Shown: positions 10,622-21,526 of the stretch, piece by piece
How the letters are laid out: every line of letters starts with the position of its first letter
Numbering within the stretch: position 1 is the stretch's first letter
Assembly: GCA_038131655.1 (NCBI GenBank)
Contig: JAYPPT010000001.1
Location: 537,447 to 601,446, forward strand
DNA: 64,000 nt
Reading direction: 5' to 3'
Origin: Alphaproteobacteria bacterium
Lineage (GTDB): Bacteria > Pseudomonadota > Alphaproteobacteria > SMXQ01
Program-made: the position numbers and the translations under genes
The notes under the pieces: generated by a model
The model's input: only the letters and a program-made list of their open reading frames with translations
Database searches by the model: none
What the model was told of the DNA's origin: nothing

Positions 10622-13026
10622 AGCTGACCCTGTCGTGGCTCAAGGAACACCTGGACACCCATGCGGGTGTCGAGGAAATCGCCGAGGCGCTGACCAGCCT
10701 CGGGCTCGAGGTCGAAGGCGTTTTCGACCCGGCGGAGAAACTCGGCCTCTTTATCGTTGCTGAAATCAAGGAAGCGGAACCGCATCCTGACGCCGACAAG
10801 CTGCGCCTGTGCAAGGTGGATACCGGCACGGAGGTCGTCCAGGTCGTGTGCGGCGCACATAACGCGCGTGCAGGCCTGATCGGCGTATTCGCCGCGCCCG
10901 GCACATATGTGCCCGGTCTCGACGTGACGCTGAAGAAAGCGAAAATTCGCGGCATCGAATCCTGCGGCATGATGTGTTCGGCGCGCGAGCTGGAAATCGG
11001 CGAAGATCACGACGGCATCATCGAGCTTTCGGACGGTCATGCGCCGGGCAGTTCCGCCGCCGCCGCACTCGGCCTTGTCGATCCGGTGATCGATATCGCG
11101 ATCACGCCCAACCGGGGCGATTGTCTTGGCGTGCGCGGCATCGCCCGCGACCTAGCGGCGCGGGGGCTTGGGACGCTGAAGCTGCTGACGCCCGCCGACG
11201 TCAAGGGCAGCTTCGAGGCAGGCGTTGGCATTACCCTGGATTTCCCCGCCGATAACCCGGCCTGTCCGCATTTCATCGGTCGCGTCATCCGTGGTGTGAA
11301 GAACGGCGAAAGTCCCGAATGGCTGAAGCGGCGCCTGGCCTCGGTGGGGCTGCGCCCGATTTCGGCGCTGGTGGATATCACCAACTTCCTGTTGATGGAC
11401 CGCAATCGTCCGCTCCATGTGTTCGACGCCGATGCGGTGGCCGGCGACCTGACGGTCCGCCTGTCGCGCGCCGGTGAAAAGCTGACGGCGCTGGACGGGC
11501 TCGACTATGACCTTGGCCCCGGTGCTGTGGTGATCGCCGACCGCGACGGCGTGTTGTCGCTTGGCGGCATCATGGGTGGGGAAAGCTCGGGCTGCACCGA
11601 AGCCACCACCAACGTCTTGCTGGAAGCGGCCTGGTTCGAGCCCATCGCCATCGCCGCGACGGGGCGCCGCCTCGGTATCGATTCCGATGCCCGCCATCGG
11701 TTCGAGCGCGGTATCGATCCGGCTTCGACCGAACCGGGGATCGAGGCCGCGACCAAACTGATCATGGACATCTGCGGCGGTGAAGCCTCGGAGCTGGTGG
11801 TAGCAGGCGCCGAGCCGCTCCGCGATACCGTTATTGAATTCGCGCCCGCCCATGTGCACAGGCTGGGTGGCGTCGACGTGCCCGAAAAGCGGGCCATTGA
11901 AATTCTCACCGCTCTCGGCTTTTCGGCCAAGCCGACGGCAAGCGGCGGCACCCTTCATGTCGGCGTGCCGAGCTGGCGCCCCGATGTGACCATCGCCGCC
12001 GATCTGGTGGAAGAAGTGCTGCGGGTGCAGGGCCTCGATTCGATTGAATCGGTTTCCCTGTCTCGCGCCGGTTCGCTGGCCAAGCCGGTGGTCGATGCGC
12101 GCCAGCGTCGCCGGGGTCTCGCCCGTCGGGCGCTCGCCGCGCGTGGTCTTGCGGAGGCGGTGTCGTTTTCCTTCATCGGTGCCGAGCACGCGGCTGCCTT
12201 CGGTGGCGGCGATGCTAGCCTCAAGCTTGCCAACCCGATTTCGTCGGAACTGACCGACATGCGGCCCTCGGTGCTGCCCGCGCTGGTCGCCGCCGCGGTG
12301 CGCAACGCCGCGCGCGGTTTCGCCGATATCGGCCTGTTCGAGGTTGGCCCCGTCTATGCCGACGCCACGCCCACGGGCCAGGCGCTGGTGGCGGGGGGGC
12401 TGCGTGCGGGCATGACCGGGCCGCGCCACTGGGCGGAAGCCCCGCGACCGGTTGACGTGTTCGATGCCAAGGCCGACGCGCTGGCGGCGCTGGCGGAATG
12501 CGGCGCGCCGGTGGCGTCCTTGCAGACTTACGCCGAAGCCCCGGCCCATTACCATCCGGGCCGCTCCGGCACCTTGCGGCTTGGGCCCAAGACCGTGCTG
12601 GCGGCTTTCGGTGAATTGCATCCCCGTGTTGCGGCGGATATGGATGTGCGTGGGCCCATTGCCGGGTTCGAGGTATTTCTGGACGCCATTCCGCTGCCGA
12701 AGGTTGCGGGCGGCAAGGCGCGCCCGGCGCTGGAACTCGCTCCCTTCCAGGCGGTGGTACGCGACTTCGCCTTCATCGTCGGTGACGATGTCGCGGCGGA
12801 GGCCCTTGTGCGTGCGGTGCGCGGCGCCGACAAGGCGCTGATCGTCGATGCCCGGGTGTTCGACCTGTTCACCGGCGCCGGCGTGCCCGAGGGCAAGGTC
12901 TCGCTAGCTATTGCCGTGACCTTGCAGCCGCGTGGCGCCACCCTGACCGAGGCGGAAATCGAATCGGTTTCCAAAAAGATCGTCGCCGCGGCTGAAAAGG
13001 CCGTGGGTGCCGCGCTGCGTGCATGA
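10618..13026 (+). CDS. pheT: Phenylalanine--tRNA ligase beta subunit
   Basis: 802 aa with tRNA-binding, B3/B4, B5 and FDX-ACB domains. 4-nt overlap with pheS. Confidence 0.95.
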   Translation: MKLTLSWLKEHLDTHAGVEEIAEALTSLGLEVEGVFDPAEKLGLFIVAEIKEAEPHPDADKLRLCKVDTGTEVVQVVCGAHNARAGLIGVFAAPGTYVPGLDVTLKKAKIRGIESCGMMCSARELEIGEDHDGIIELSDGHAPGSSAAAALGLVDPVIDIAITPNRGDCLGVRGIARDLAARGLGTLKLLTPADVKGSFEAGVGITLDFPADNPACPHFIGRVIRGVKNGESPEWLKRRLASVGLRPISALVDITNFLLMDRNRPLHVFDADAVAGDLTVRLSRAGEKLTALDGLDYDLGPGAVVIADRDGVLSLGGIMGGESSGCTEATTNVLLEAAWFEPIAIAATGRRLGIDSDARHRFERGIDPASTEPGIEAATKLIMDICGGEASELVVAGAEPLRDTVIEFAPAHVHRLGGVDVPEKRAIEILTALGFSAKPTASGGTLHVGVPSWRPDVTIAADLVEEVLRVQGLDSIESVSLSRAGSLAKPVVDARQRRRGLARRALAARGLAEAVSFSFIGAEHAAAFGGGDASLKLANPISSELTDMRPSVLPALVAAAVRNAARGFADIGLFEVGPVYADATPTGQALVAGGLRAGMTGPRHWAEAPRPVDVFDAKADALAALAECGAPVASLQTYAEAPAHYHPGRSGTLRLGPKTVLAAFGELHPRVAADMDVRGPIAGFEVFLDAIPLPKVAGGKARPALELAPFQAVVRDFAFIVGDDVAAEALVRAVRGADKALIVDARVFDLFTGAGVPEGKVSLAIAVTLQPRGATLTEAEIESVSKKIVAAAEKAVGAALRA

Positions 13027-14849
13027 CCCGCATCCTGGATGATCCCGTGACCGATCTCGCCCATACCCGAAATTTCGCGATCATCGCCCATATCGATCAC
13101 GGCAAGTCCACGCTTGCCGACCGGCTGATCGAGGAATGCGGTGGCCTGACCGCGCGCGAACGCCGCGAACAGGTACTCGATTCGATGGAGATCGAACGCG
13201 AACGCGGCATCACCATCAAGGCCCAGACCGTGCGGCTGCACTACAAGGCGCTGAACGGCGAAACCTATGAACTGAACCTGATGGACACGCCGGGTCATGT
13301 GGACTTCACCTATGAAGTCTCGCGTTGCCTCGCGGCCTGCGAGGGTTCGCTGCTGGTGGTCGATTCGAGCCAGGGCGTCGAAGCCCAGACCCTGGCCAAT
13401 GCCTATCTCGCCATTGATGCCGATCATGAGATCGTGCCGGTGCTCAACAAGATCGACCTGCCGGCGGCGGAGCCCGAGCGCGTGCGCCGCGAGATCGAGG
13501 ATGTCATCGGTCTCGATGCCTCGGCGGCGATCGAGGTTTCGGCCAAGACCGGCCAGGGCATCACCGATATTCTCGAGTCCCTGGTCCATCGCCTGCCGCC
13601 GCCCAAGGGCGAGCGTGATGCACCGCTCAAGGCGCTGCTGGTCGATAGCTGGTACGACGCCTATCTCGGCGTGGTCGTGCTTTTGCGCGTATACGACGGT
13701 GTCGTGCGCAAGGGCATGAAGGTCGAAATGCTCGGTACCGGCGCAGTCCATGAAATCGACGAGGTCGGCGTGTTCACGCCCAAGCCGCTGAAGGTGACGG
13801 AGCTCGGCCCCGGTTCGGTCGGCTTTATTGCTGCCTCGATCAAGAACATCGCCGATTGCCAGGTCGGCGACACGGTGACCGAGGAACGGCGCAAGACCAC
13901 TTCCGTGCTTTCGGGCTTCAAGCCCAGCCAGCCGGTGGTTTTCTGCGGGCTGTTCCCGGTCAATTCGGACGATTTCGAAAAGCTGCGCGAATCCATCGCC
14001 AAGCTGGCGCTGAACGATGCCAGCTTCGAATACCAGATGGAAACATCCGCCGCGCTCGGTTTCGGTTTCCGCTGCGGTTTCCTCGGCTTGCTGCACCTGG
14101 AAATCATCCAGGAACGCCTGTCGCGGGAGTTCGATCTCGATCTCATCGCAACGGCGCCCAGTGTCGTTTACAAGGTGCATATCACCGACGGCACCATGAT
14201 AGAGCTGCATAACCCCGCCGACATGCCCGACCCGGTGCGTATCAAGGGCATGGAAGAGCCGTGGATTCGCGCGACCATCATGGTGCCCGATGAATACCTG
14301 GGCGCCGTGCTGGCGCTGTGCCAGGAACGCCGTGGCGAGCAGCTTGACCTGACCTATGCTGGTGGCCGCGCCATGGTGGTCTATCGCCTGCCGCTAAACG
14401 AGGTCGTTTACGACTTTTATGACCGGTTGAAATCAGTATCGCGCGGCTACGCGTCTTTCGATTACCAGATCGAGGGCTACCGCGAGAGCGACCTGGTGAA
14501 GCTCTCCATCCTGGTGAACGGCGACCCGGTGGACGCCCTCTCCATGGTGGTGCATCGTAGTCAGTCGGAAGCCCGCGGGCGTCACCTGTGCACCCGGCTC
14601 AAGGAGCTGATTCCGCGACAATTGTTTAAGGTGGCGGTTCAGGCCGCCATCGGCGGCAAGGTTATTGCCCGTGAAACCCTTTCCGCGCTGCGCAAGGACG
14701 TCACCGCGAAATGCTACGGTGGGGACATCACCCGCAAGCGCAAGCTTCTGGAAAAGCAGAAGGAAGGCAAAAAGCGTATGCGCTCCATCGGCAACGTGGA
14801 AATTCCGCAGTCCGCTTTCATCGCCGCGCTCAAGACCGGTGACAACTAA
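13023..14849 (+). CDS. lepA: Elongation factor 4 (LepA)
   Basis: G-domain ([24 protein letters not shown]) plus the LepA-specific C-terminal domain. 608 aa, overlapping the pheT stop. Confidence 0.95.
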   Translation: MTRILDDPVTDLAHTRNFAIIAHIDHGKSTLADRLIEECGGLTARERREQVLDSMEIERERGITIKAQTVRLHYKALNGETYELNLMDTPGHVDFTYEVSRCLAACEGSLLVVDSSQGVEAQTLANAYLAIDADHEIVPVLNKIDLPAAEPERVRREIEDVIGLDASAAIEVSAKTGQGITDILESLVHRLPPPKGERDAPLKALLVDSWYDAYLGVVVLLRVYDGVVRKGMKVEMLGTGAVHEIDEVGVFTPKPLKVTELGPGSVGFIAASIKNIADCQVGDTVTEERRKTTSVLSGFKPSQPVVFCGLFPVNSDDFEKLRESIAKLALNDASFEYQMETSAALGFGFRCGFLGLLHLEIIQERLSREFDLDLIATAPSVVYKVHITDGTMIELHNPADMPDPVRIKGMEEPWIRATIMVPDEYLGAVLALCQERRGEQLDLTYAGGRAMVVYRLPLNEVVYDFYDRLKSVSRGYASFDYQIEGYRESDLVKLSILVNGDPVDALSMVVHRSQSEARGRHLCTRLKELIPRQLFKVAVQAAIGGKVIARETLSALRKDVTAKCYGGDITRKRKLLEKQKEGKKRMRSIGNVEIPQSAFIAALKTGDN

Positions 14850-14869
14850 CCCTGACGGACGATTGCCCG

Positions 14870-15349
14870 ATGGATATCCGCCAAAAAACCGGTCCCGGTG
14901 TTCGTGTGCGGACGGCGCGGCTGCGCCAGGTCAGGGATTTCCGTTTCGATACCACGGTAGATTCCGGCCATGTCGTCCCTACCGACGAAGGCGTGCATAT
15001 AGGTGGCACGGGCGCGGCGCCGACATCCCTGGAAACGCTGACAGCGGCATTGGCATCATGCCAGTCGGTGCAGGTGGTGCGCGTGGCCGGGGCCATGCGT
15101 TTCCAGCTTGCCAATCTTGATGTCATCTGCGTGACCACATCGGACAAGGTTCCCGGCATCAAGGGCAACGATGCGGTCATTGGTATCGACGGCGCGCGAC
15201 TGGAAATCGCTTTTGATACCAGCGAACCGGCGCACAAGATCGAACGGCTGAAGGCGCTGGCGGTGGACAAGTGCCCCATCGGGCGCCTGTTTCAGGACGC
15301 CGGGATCACGCCGGAAATCGTCTGGCGTATCGGTACCCTTACCGGTTAG
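14870..15349 (+). CDS. OsmC/Ohr-family peroxiredoxin-like protein
   Basis: 159 aa. Conserved Cys in ...LASCQSV... and ...VDKCPIGRLF..., typical of the OsmC fold. Confidence 0.75.
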   Translation: MDIRQKTGPGVRVRTARLRQVRDFRFDTTVDSGHVVPTDEGVHIGGTGAAPTSLETLTAALASCQSVQVVRVAGAMRFQLANLDVICVTTSDKVPGIKGNDAVIGIDGARLEIAFDTSEPAHKIERLKALAVDKCPIGRLFQDAGITPEIVWRIGTLTG

Positions 15350-15418
15350 CACCGTAAGGGCTGGGGTCCCCAGCAAAAGCAATGCCGGCTTCACCGGGAA
15401 TCAGGTCAGGATCGGATC

Positions 15419-15610
15419 TTATACCCAGGGCGCGATCAGGCGTTCGATCCCGTGCTTGATGAAGGCCAGCGAATGGCGGTCGAGCGCGGTCCACAACTCG
15501 ATCCCGGTCAGGCTGTCGTAGTGGTCGGATTGCCCCCAATGCGCGGCTTCGGCCCCTGCCCAGAGTAGGTTGCCAACAAGCACGGCAACGGCAAAAAATC
15601 GTACGATCAT
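15419..15610 (-). CDS. Small hypothetical secreted protein (63 aa)
   Basis: Hydrophobic N-terminus (MIVRFFAVAVLVGNLLWAGA) and a GGAAG ribosome-binding site 6 nt upstream. No family recognised. Confidence 0.35.
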   Translation of the reverse strand: MIVRFFAVAVLVGNLLWAGAEAAHWGQSDHYDSLTGIELWTALDRHSLAFIKHGIERLIAPWV

Positions 15611-15790
15611 CGGTTTCTTCCCAGTCCGGTCGTGCCCGGTGGGGTGCGGCGCCTGGATAAAACTGTATGGTGGAGTCTAAGTCATTGCCAATATTGCAAA
15701 TTTAGAGAAATTGAATCGTTAAGAACTATCGGGTAACGTGCGCGTCCCGCAAGGAGGCCGGGCGCGTTTATGGTTAGCGCACCGCCTGGG

Positions 15791-15880
15791 GGAGAGGTGG
15801 CCGAGTGGCTTAAGGCACACGCTTGGAAAGCGTGCATACGGTAAAACGTATCGCGGGTTCGAATCCCGCCCTCTCCGCCA
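15791..15880 (+). tRNA. tRNA-Ser (anticodon GGA)
   Basis: GGAGAGGTGGCCGAGTGG...GGTTCGAATCCCGCCCTCTCCGCCA. Cloverleaf with a long variable arm, anticodon loop cTTGGAAa, encoded 3' CCA. Coordinates ±1. Confidence 0.9.
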
Positions 15881-16204
15881 CCCTTTTTCCCGCGACTGCT
15901 TTTAATAATATGGGCCGCTGCCCACAGGCTCGATGAGTTACGGGCAGAGATTGACGCACTGGGGGCCCAAAGCGTCGCGCAGAAAAACAAGAATGATAAA
16001 TAACAGGCTCCAGAATCCGCCGGTCTGGGGGCGCCCCAAGTGTCGCTTGATGGTGATGCGTAGGGCACGCTTGCGCGTATAATGGAGGTCGGGAGGGGGT
16101 GCCGAACCCGGATCGTGTTGGCGTGGGTCGTATCGGGTTCGCCCGTGCGGTCAATTAGAAGGCGTGGTTGAAGATCTGCTTAATTTTCGGGAACTGTTGC
16201 ATTC

Positions 16205-17542
16205 ATGGAACCGAGTATCAATCCGCCGCTATTGGTCCAAAGGGAGGGCTCCCGCAGGCGCATAGCCGTTATAGGATCCGGGGCCGCCGGACTGGCGGCG
16301 GCGTGGTCGCTGGCAAAGCGGCACGACGTCCATTTGTTTGAGGCCGATGACCGTCTTGGCGGACATGCTCATACTGTCGATTTGAACCTGGACGGCGGAC
16401 AAATTCCCGTGGACACGGGTTTTATCGTTTTCAACGAGATTAATTATCCGTCGTTGACGCAAATGTTCGATGCCCTTGGCATCGTGACTCAGAAAAGCCA
16501 GATGTCATTCTCGGTTAGTGTTGAAAATGGCCGGTTCGAATATTCGGGTCGTTGGCCGGGGGGACTCCTGGCCCAGAAGCGCAACCTCATCTCACCCACC
16601 TATTGGCGCATGCTGGCCGATATTCGCCGATTTTACGCTCGTGCCGCCGATGACCTTGCGGCGCTGGAGCGTGGTAAGACCACCCTTGACGATTACATCG
16701 CCGATGTCGGCTTTGCGTCCGTATTTCGGGACTGCCATCTTTTACCCATGGTAGGTGCCATCTGGTCGTTGCCCACTGAAGCTGCTGGCACCATGCCAGC
16801 GGCGGCGGTTGTTCGGTTCTTTCGCGCTCATGGTTTGCTGCATTTGCGCAATCGCCCTCAATGGCGCACAGTCACCGGGGGGAGCCGACAGTATGTCCGC
16901 CGCCTGATCGATGATTTCGGCGGCACATTGCATCAGGCTCGGCCGGTAAAGGATATTGTTCCCAATGGTGCGGGCGTCGCTCTTGCGGTTGCCGGCGAAG
17001 GCATACTAAATTTTGATGCGGTAGTGATCGCTGCTCATGGTGACCAGGCCTTGAAGCTTCTGAAATCACCAGACGAATCGCAGGCTCGAGTGTTGGGTGC
17101 GTTTCGCTACAGCACCAACACGGTTGTCCTGCATAGCGATGTGCGACTTATGCCGCATCGCCGATCGGCCTGGGCCGCATGGAATTTCATTGAAACCGGC
17201 GGGAGGCAGGGAATCAGCTACTGGATGAACTGCTTGCAGGCCCTTCCCACCGGGATTCCCATCTTGGTGACCCTGAACCCGCCTGTTGCGCCCGATCCGT
17301 GCCTGATCCATGGCCGATACACTTACGAACATCCGATCTTCGACCAGGATGCTATTGATGCCCAGGGATGCCTTGATGGTATCCAGGGAAAAGGGAACGT
17401 ATGGTTTTGCGGCAGCTATTTCGGATATGGGTTTCACGAAGATGCTTTTGCTTCCGGCCTGCGAACGGCGGCACGTTTGCATGCTGGCCTGTCAGGAGAG
17501 CGCGACCAGGCGCAGCAACATAAAGGCTTTCTTTATGAATGA
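16205..17542 (+). CDS. FAD-dependent oxidoreductase (amine-oxidase-like), first gene of the cfa-type sigma-E target operon
   Basis: N-terminal RIAVIGSGAAGLAAAWSLA...DVHLFEADDRLGGH dinucleotide-binding motif. 445 aa. Same gene order as the RpoE-dependent oxidoreductase-DUF1365-cfa operon of Rhodobacter. Confidence 0.8.
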   Translation: MEPSINPPLLVQREGSRRRIAVIGSGAAGLAAAWSLAKRHDVHLFEADDRLGGHAHTVDLNLDGGQIPVDTGFIVFNEINYPSLTQMFDALGIVTQKSQMSFSVSVENGRFEYSGRWPGGLLAQKRNLISPTYWRMLADIRRFYARAADDLAALERGKTTLDDYIADVGFASVFRDCHLLPMVGAIWSLPTEAAGTMPAAAVVRFFRAHGLLHLRNRPQWRTVTGGSRQYVRRLIDDFGGTLHQARPVKDIVPNGAGVALAVAGEGILNFDAVVIAAHGDQALKLLKSPDESQARVLGAFRYSTNTVVLHSDVRLMPHRRSAWAAWNFIETGGRQGISYWMNCLQALPTGIPILVTLNPPVAPDPCLIHGRYTYEHPIFDQDAIDAQGCLDGIQGKGNVWFCGSYFGYGFHEDAFASGLRTAARLHAGLSGERDQAQQHKGFLYE

Positions 17543-18341
17543 TGCGGCGCTTTATCGGGCCGAAGTTACCCATGCCCGTTTCGGGCGGGTTCGTCACAAA
17601 TTGCGTCACTCCGTATTTTATCTTTATCTGGACCTCGCGCGACTGGACCAGGTGGCGCAGACGTGCCGCTTTTTCTCTTACAACAGGTTCAATCTGATTA
17701 GCTTTTTTGACGGTGATCACGGCGCGCTGGATGGTCAGCCGGCCAAGGCCTGGGTTGAGGGTTACCTAAAGCGTGCCGGTCTTTATGATCCGCAGGGGCG
17801 GATCTTTCTGTTGGCCTTGCCGCGCGTGCTGGGGTACGTATTTAACCCCCTCAGCGTTTATTACTGTTTTGACCGCGATGGTCAGTTACGCGCCGTGATG
17901 CATGAAGTGCGCAATACATTCGGCGAACTGCACGGCTATTTGTTGCCGGCCGTAGCGACGGCCGAAGGTGTGGTTCACCAGGAAGCCGACAAGCATTTTT
18001 ATGTCTCGCCTTTCATGGCCATGAAGGCCCGTTACCGGTTTCGTCTTAATCTTCCCGGCAAGAAGCTGATTTTGGGTATCCGCGAATCCGGTGCAGACGG
18101 CACGGGGCTGGCGGCCTGCCTCGTCGGCGCCCGCCGTTCGCTCGATGATTGGCAAATCCTGGGTGCGGTTCTGGCCATGCCGCTGATGACCCTTAAGGTT
18201 ATTTCCTCAATCCATTTGCATGCCGTCAGGCTTTGGTTGAAAGGGGCAACCTTCCATAGAAAGCCCCCTGCGCCGGACGAGGCGGTGACCCTGGGCATGG
18301 ATGCTGGTGGGAGCAGGATTGATCCAAAACTCTCGCACTAA
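17535..18341 (+). CDS. DUF1365-family protein
   Basis: Starts MNDAALYRAEVTHARFG..., overlapping the oxidoreductase stop (ATGAATGA). Conserved partner of cfa genes. Confidence 0.75.
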   Translation: MNDAALYRAEVTHARFGRVRHKLRHSVFYLYLDLARLDQVAQTCRFFSYNRFNLISFFDGDHGALDGQPAKAWVEGYLKRAGLYDPQGRIFLLALPRVLGYVFNPLSVYYCFDRDGQLRAVMHEVRNTFGELHGYLLPAVATAEGVVHQEADKHFYVSPFMAMKARYRFRLNLPGKKLILGIRESGADGTGLAACLVGARRSLDDWQILGAVLAMPLMTLKVISSIHLHAVRLWLKGATFHRKPPAPDEAVTLGMDAGGSRIDPKLSH

Positions 18342-18345
18342 CGTA
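18320..18345 (+). promoter_or_regulatory. Candidate sigma-E (RpoE) promoter, TGATCC-N16-CGTA, in front of cfa
   Basis: TGATCC at 18320-18325, a 16-bp spacer, CGTA at 18342-18345. It sits inside the 3' end of the DUF1365 gene, 42 nt upstream of the cfa start. The same motif appears upstream of rpoE and the fasciclin gene. Confidence 0.5.
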
Positions 18346-18386
18346 CTCCCAATAATGCCTGAGACAAAACCTGGTATGGCTGAAAA

Positions 18387-19643
18387 TTGATGAGCGATTT
18401 CCTCCGTGAGAAATCTGCAGCTCCTCCTGCGGAAATAATCGCGTCCGACGCCGGAGCGCTGGTTTTGCTGTTGAGCCGCGCCGGGCGCCGCATCCGCGCC
18501 GGGCGCCTCTCCGTAGTGACGCCGGGTGGCGCCAGACTGATTTTCAGTGGGGCCGCCCCTGGGCCGACGGCCCGAATCGTCATTCACCGCTGGCGGGCAC
18601 TCGGCTCCATGGCTATGCAGGCCGGAATCGGACTTGGCCAATCCTATGCACGGGGCGAATGGGACAGCCCTGACCCTTCTGCGCTGATCGCCTTCCTGAT
18701 CGCAAACATTGAGCACGGGGCTTCGCCGACCCTGGCGGCCCGGCTCATGCGGCGCGCAAGAAATATCCTGACGGCAATTTCCCCCAATACCCGCAGCGCG
18801 AGCCGTCGCAGAATCGCGTATCACTACGATCTCGGGAATGATTTTTATCGTGCCTGGCTGGACCCCAGCCTGACCTATTCCTCAGCCTTGTTCGAACGCC
18901 CCGGCCTGACGTTGGAGCAGGCCCAATTTATGAAATACCGGCGCATCGTGGAACGCCTTTCTCTGTCTCGAGGTGACCATGTCCTTGAAGTCGGTTGCGG
19001 TTGGGGGGGGTTTGCCCTGTATGCCGCTAGGGAAACAGGTGTCCGCGTGACCGGGATCACGTTATCGAAGGCCCAATTGGAGTTGGCGCGCCAACGCGCC
19101 CGGGACGAGGGGTTGGATGGCCTCGTGAATTTCGAATTATGCGACTACAGGGATGTCCGGGGCCAGTTTTCCCACATCGTTTCCATCGAAATGCTAGAAG
19201 CAGTAGGTGCGCCCTACTGGCCGGCATATTTCGAAACTTTGGCGCGGGTCCTGCGGCCCGGCGGGCGTGCTGCAATACAATGTATTGTTATAGATCCGGC
19301 CGCGTATGACAATTACCGTCTCGGCTCCGACTTCATCCAGAGTTGTATTTTCCCAGGCGGCATGTTGCCCACGAAGGGGATCATAGATACCCAGGCTGCG
19401 CGTGCCGGCTTATTGCCGCGCGAAGACACTTATTTTTTTGGTGCCCATTACGCCGATACGCTGAATTTATGGCGGCAGAATTTTGAGCGCGCGACCGAAA
19501 AGTTGATAGCCCAGGGGTTCGATGACCGTTTTCGCCGCCTGTGGCTTTTCTATCTTGCTTATTGCGAAGGTGGTTTTCTATCCCGGCGGGTTGATGTGGG
19601 CCAATGGATATTTGAAAAGCCGGATTCCAGGACGCCGGCGTAA
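18387..19643 (+). CDS. cfa: Cyclopropane-fatty-acyl-phospholipid synthase family SAM-dependent methyltransferase
   Basis: 418 aa. SAM-binding motif (LEVGCGWGGFALYAA). Follows DUF1365 as in known cfa operons. Confidence 0.85.
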   Translation: MMSDFLREKSAAPPAEIIASDAGALVLLLSRAGRRIRAGRLSVVTPGGARLIFSGAAPGPTARIVIHRWRALGSMAMQAGIGLGQSYARGEWDSPDPSALIAFLIANIEHGASPTLAARLMRRARNILTAISPNTRSASRRRIAYHYDLGNDFYRAWLDPSLTYSSALFERPGLTLEQAQFMKYRRIVERLSLSRGDHVLEVGCGWGGFALYAARETGVRVTGITLSKAQLELARQRARDEGLDGLVNFELCDYRDVRGQFSHIVSIEMLEAVGAPYWPAYFETLARVLRPGGRAAIQCIVIDPAAYDNYRLGSDFIQSCIFPGGMLPTKGIIDTQAARAGLLPREDTYFFGAHYADTLNLWRQNFERATEKLIAQGFDDRFRRLWLFYLAYCEGGFLSRRVDVGQWIFEKPDSRTPA

Positions 19644-19654
19644 AGGAATTCATC

Positions 19655-20119
19655 ATGACAGAACCGACAGAATTCAAGATTGAGGAATACTTCTACGGTC
19701 ATGTACAGGCTGAGGGTATCGTCGAGGACAGGTACGGTAAGGTTCGTCGAAAGTTCTCAGTGACTATTGATGGTCGCTACGAAGGTAATGAATTCATTCT
19801 TGATGAACGTTTTCATTTCGATGACGGTGAAACGTCAAAGCGCATATGGACGGTATCCAGGGTTGCGCCCGGTCATTACGAAGGGCGTGCCGATGATGTG
19901 ATCGGCTTTGCCAAGGGTCAAACCAATGGGCGGGAAATGCTTTGGACTTATCGGTTGCGCCTTCCCATGGGAAAACGTACTTGGAATATAGATTTTCATG
20001 ACCGGATGTTTCTGCGCGGCGATGGAGTCATGCTGAATATTGCCGATATGCGGAAATGGGGATTGAAAATAGGCCGTATTACGATCTCTTTTCATCGCCC
20101 TGCCGACGCCCACGGGTAA
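19655..20119 (+). CDS. DUF3833-like small protein of the cfa operon
   Basis: 154 aa, MTEPTEFKIEEYFYGH... GC content is markedly lower than the flanks. Family assignment is from memory. Confidence 0.5.
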   Translation: MTEPTEFKIEEYFYGHVQAEGIVEDRYGKVRRKFSVTIDGRYEGNEFILDERFHFDDGETSKRIWTVSRVAPGHYEGRADDVIGFAKGQTNGREMLWTYRLRLPMGKRTWNIDFHDRMFLRGDGVMLNIADMRKWGLKIGRITISFHRPADAHG

Positions 20120-20864
20120 TGGCACTGACCAGAGCGAAGTAAAGACCATATGGTAGGATTCGCATCAGCTTCATGAACCAGGTGAATCTCCTGGGAAAAG
20201 TGATCTCGAAGCGGTCGCTTTGCAGACCCTGGTAAAGCTGCCGGGCTGCGTTCTCGGGGGTGAGCATCAAAGGCATGGCGAAATTATTTTTTTTGGTTAG
20301 GGGCGTGTCGACGAACCCGGGATTGATTACTTGCAGGTGGATGCCGTGACGGCGTAGTTGAAGGCAAAGGCTTTCACAAAGGTTGGTCACTGCGGCCTTG
20401 GTGGGTCCATAGGCCGCCGCCAGAGGCAAGCCGCGATAGCCGGCCACTGATGAAACAATGGCGATGTGCCCCTGCCCAAGGGTTTTCATTTTGGGCACTA
20501 GGGCGGAAAGAACATTCAGCGGTCCAAGATAATTTGTCGTCATCATCTTGGAGAAAAGAGCGGTGTCAAGGCTGTCTGCGTCCGCCTGTTCGTAAATCGC
20601 TGCCGCGATCACGATGACCTCAGGCAGTTGATATTTGTTATTCATTGTTTCGACGGCGGCGCGGACGGCTTCGGCATCGGAAATATTGAGCGGCAGCACT
20701 GTTATTTTGTCGGGACCGGATTCATTCTTCAGGTCATCCAGTGCGGCTTTTCGTCGTGCGCTGACGGTTACCTTGGTTCCATCATCCGCCATGATCCTGG
20801 CAAGGGCGCGACCGATACCCGAGCTGGCGCCAATGATCCACGCGGTATGGAAAGGCTTTTTCAC
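20079..20864 (-). CDS. Short-chain dehydrogenase/reductase (SDR)
   Basis: TGASSGIG N-terminal motif and YxxxK (YGPTKAA). Last gene of the rpoE-chrR-SDR operon, with 4-nt overlaps between genes. Confidence 0.8.
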   Translation of the reverse strand: MKKPFHTAWIIGASSGIGRALARIMADDGTKVTVSARRKAALDDLKNESGPDKITVLPLNISDAEAVRAAVETMNNKYQLPEVIVIAAAIYEQADADSLDTALFSKMMTTNYLGPLNVLSALVPKMKTLGQGHIAIVSSVAGYRGLPLAAAYGPTKAAVTNLCESLCLQLRRHGIHLQVINPGFVDTPLTKKNNFAMPLMLTPENAARQLYQGLQSDRFEITFPRRFTWFMKLMRILPYGLYFALVSAITRGRRQGDEKRS

Positions 20865-21526
20865 CCGTGTTTCGCCTCACCCAGTAAGGGACTAAGAATC
20901 CGGGCGAACAGGCCTGTAAATCTTAGCGGCGCATCCAGGACGACCAGACAAATGCATTCCTCATCGTTGGCCGCCATGGGCTTGTGTTCATGTGCGCTAT
21001 CGGCCAGCATGATGTCTCCACGGCGGTAGTGACTAGCACCATCGATGATCCCACCCTTGAGGACGAGGGTCCATTCTTGCCCATTATGACTATGGCAGGG
21101 GATTCTCGTGCCCGGCTTTATGCGCAGAAGACTGGTCTTGAACTTCGGGTTGGCGCTTGCGATGCGCGCCTCCTTAACCCGAGCCCCCATACGGCGCCAG
21201 CGCAAGCCCTCGAAACCGGTGCCGATATAACGGCGGATCGGTCCGGGAAGAACAGGATCCGGCTTTTCCATTTGGCGCGGTACGGTGGGCTCGACCGGGG
21301 CTTCCGAATCCAGACGGGTCATGACGTTTTCGAGTGCGCCGTCACTCATTTCCGCGTTGCCGACATCGGCCAGAAGGGCGCCGCCCAGTGTTTCCAATGT
21401 GCGTACCTCCTTGCGGCAAAGCGCGCAGAACACCAGATGGGAGGCAACAGCCAAGGACGGCTCTTCCGCTAGGCTGCCTGATGCGTAATCAAGAAGTATT
21501 TCAGCTTCGGGGTGGTGGCAAATCAT
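20861..21526 (-). CDS. chrR: Anti-sigma-E factor ChrR (ZAS domain plus cupin)
   Basis: N-terminal zinc anti-sigma motif H-x3-C-x2-C (HLVFCALC) and C-terminal cupin (CHSHNGQE...HEH). Translationally coupled to rpoE. Confidence 0.85.
   Translation of the reverse strand: MICHHPEAEILLDYASGSLAEEPSLAVASHLVFCALCRKEVRTLETLGGALLADVGNAEMSDGALENVMTRLDSEAPVEPTVPRQMEKPDPVLPGPIRRYIGTGFEGLRWRRMGARVKEARIASANPKFKTSLLRIKPGTRIPCHSHNGQEWTLVLKGGIIDGASHYRRGDIMLADSAHEHKPMAANDEECICLVVLDAPLRFTGLFARILSPLLGEAKHG

Noticed and set aside
11152-14210. Long minus-strand ORFs (489 aa and 553 aa) antisense to pheT and lepA
   Set aside because: Same antisense artefact. R/G/A-rich translations with no motifs, and the sense-strand genes are unambiguous.
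15747-15820. 24-codon ORF with AAGGAGG-ATG that runs into the tRNA-Ser gene
   Set aside because: It would overlap the tRNA itself. More likely coincidental sequence within the tRNA promoter or leader.
15881-16204. Looked for a sigma-E TGATCC-N16-CGTA promoter, integrase remnant or att repeat right after tRNA-Ser and upstream of the first cfa-operon gene
   Set aside because: Only a poor GGATCG-N13-CGTA match and an isolated TATAAT at about 16078 were found. There is no integrase fragment and no convincing direct repeat of the tRNA 3' end. Left uncalled.
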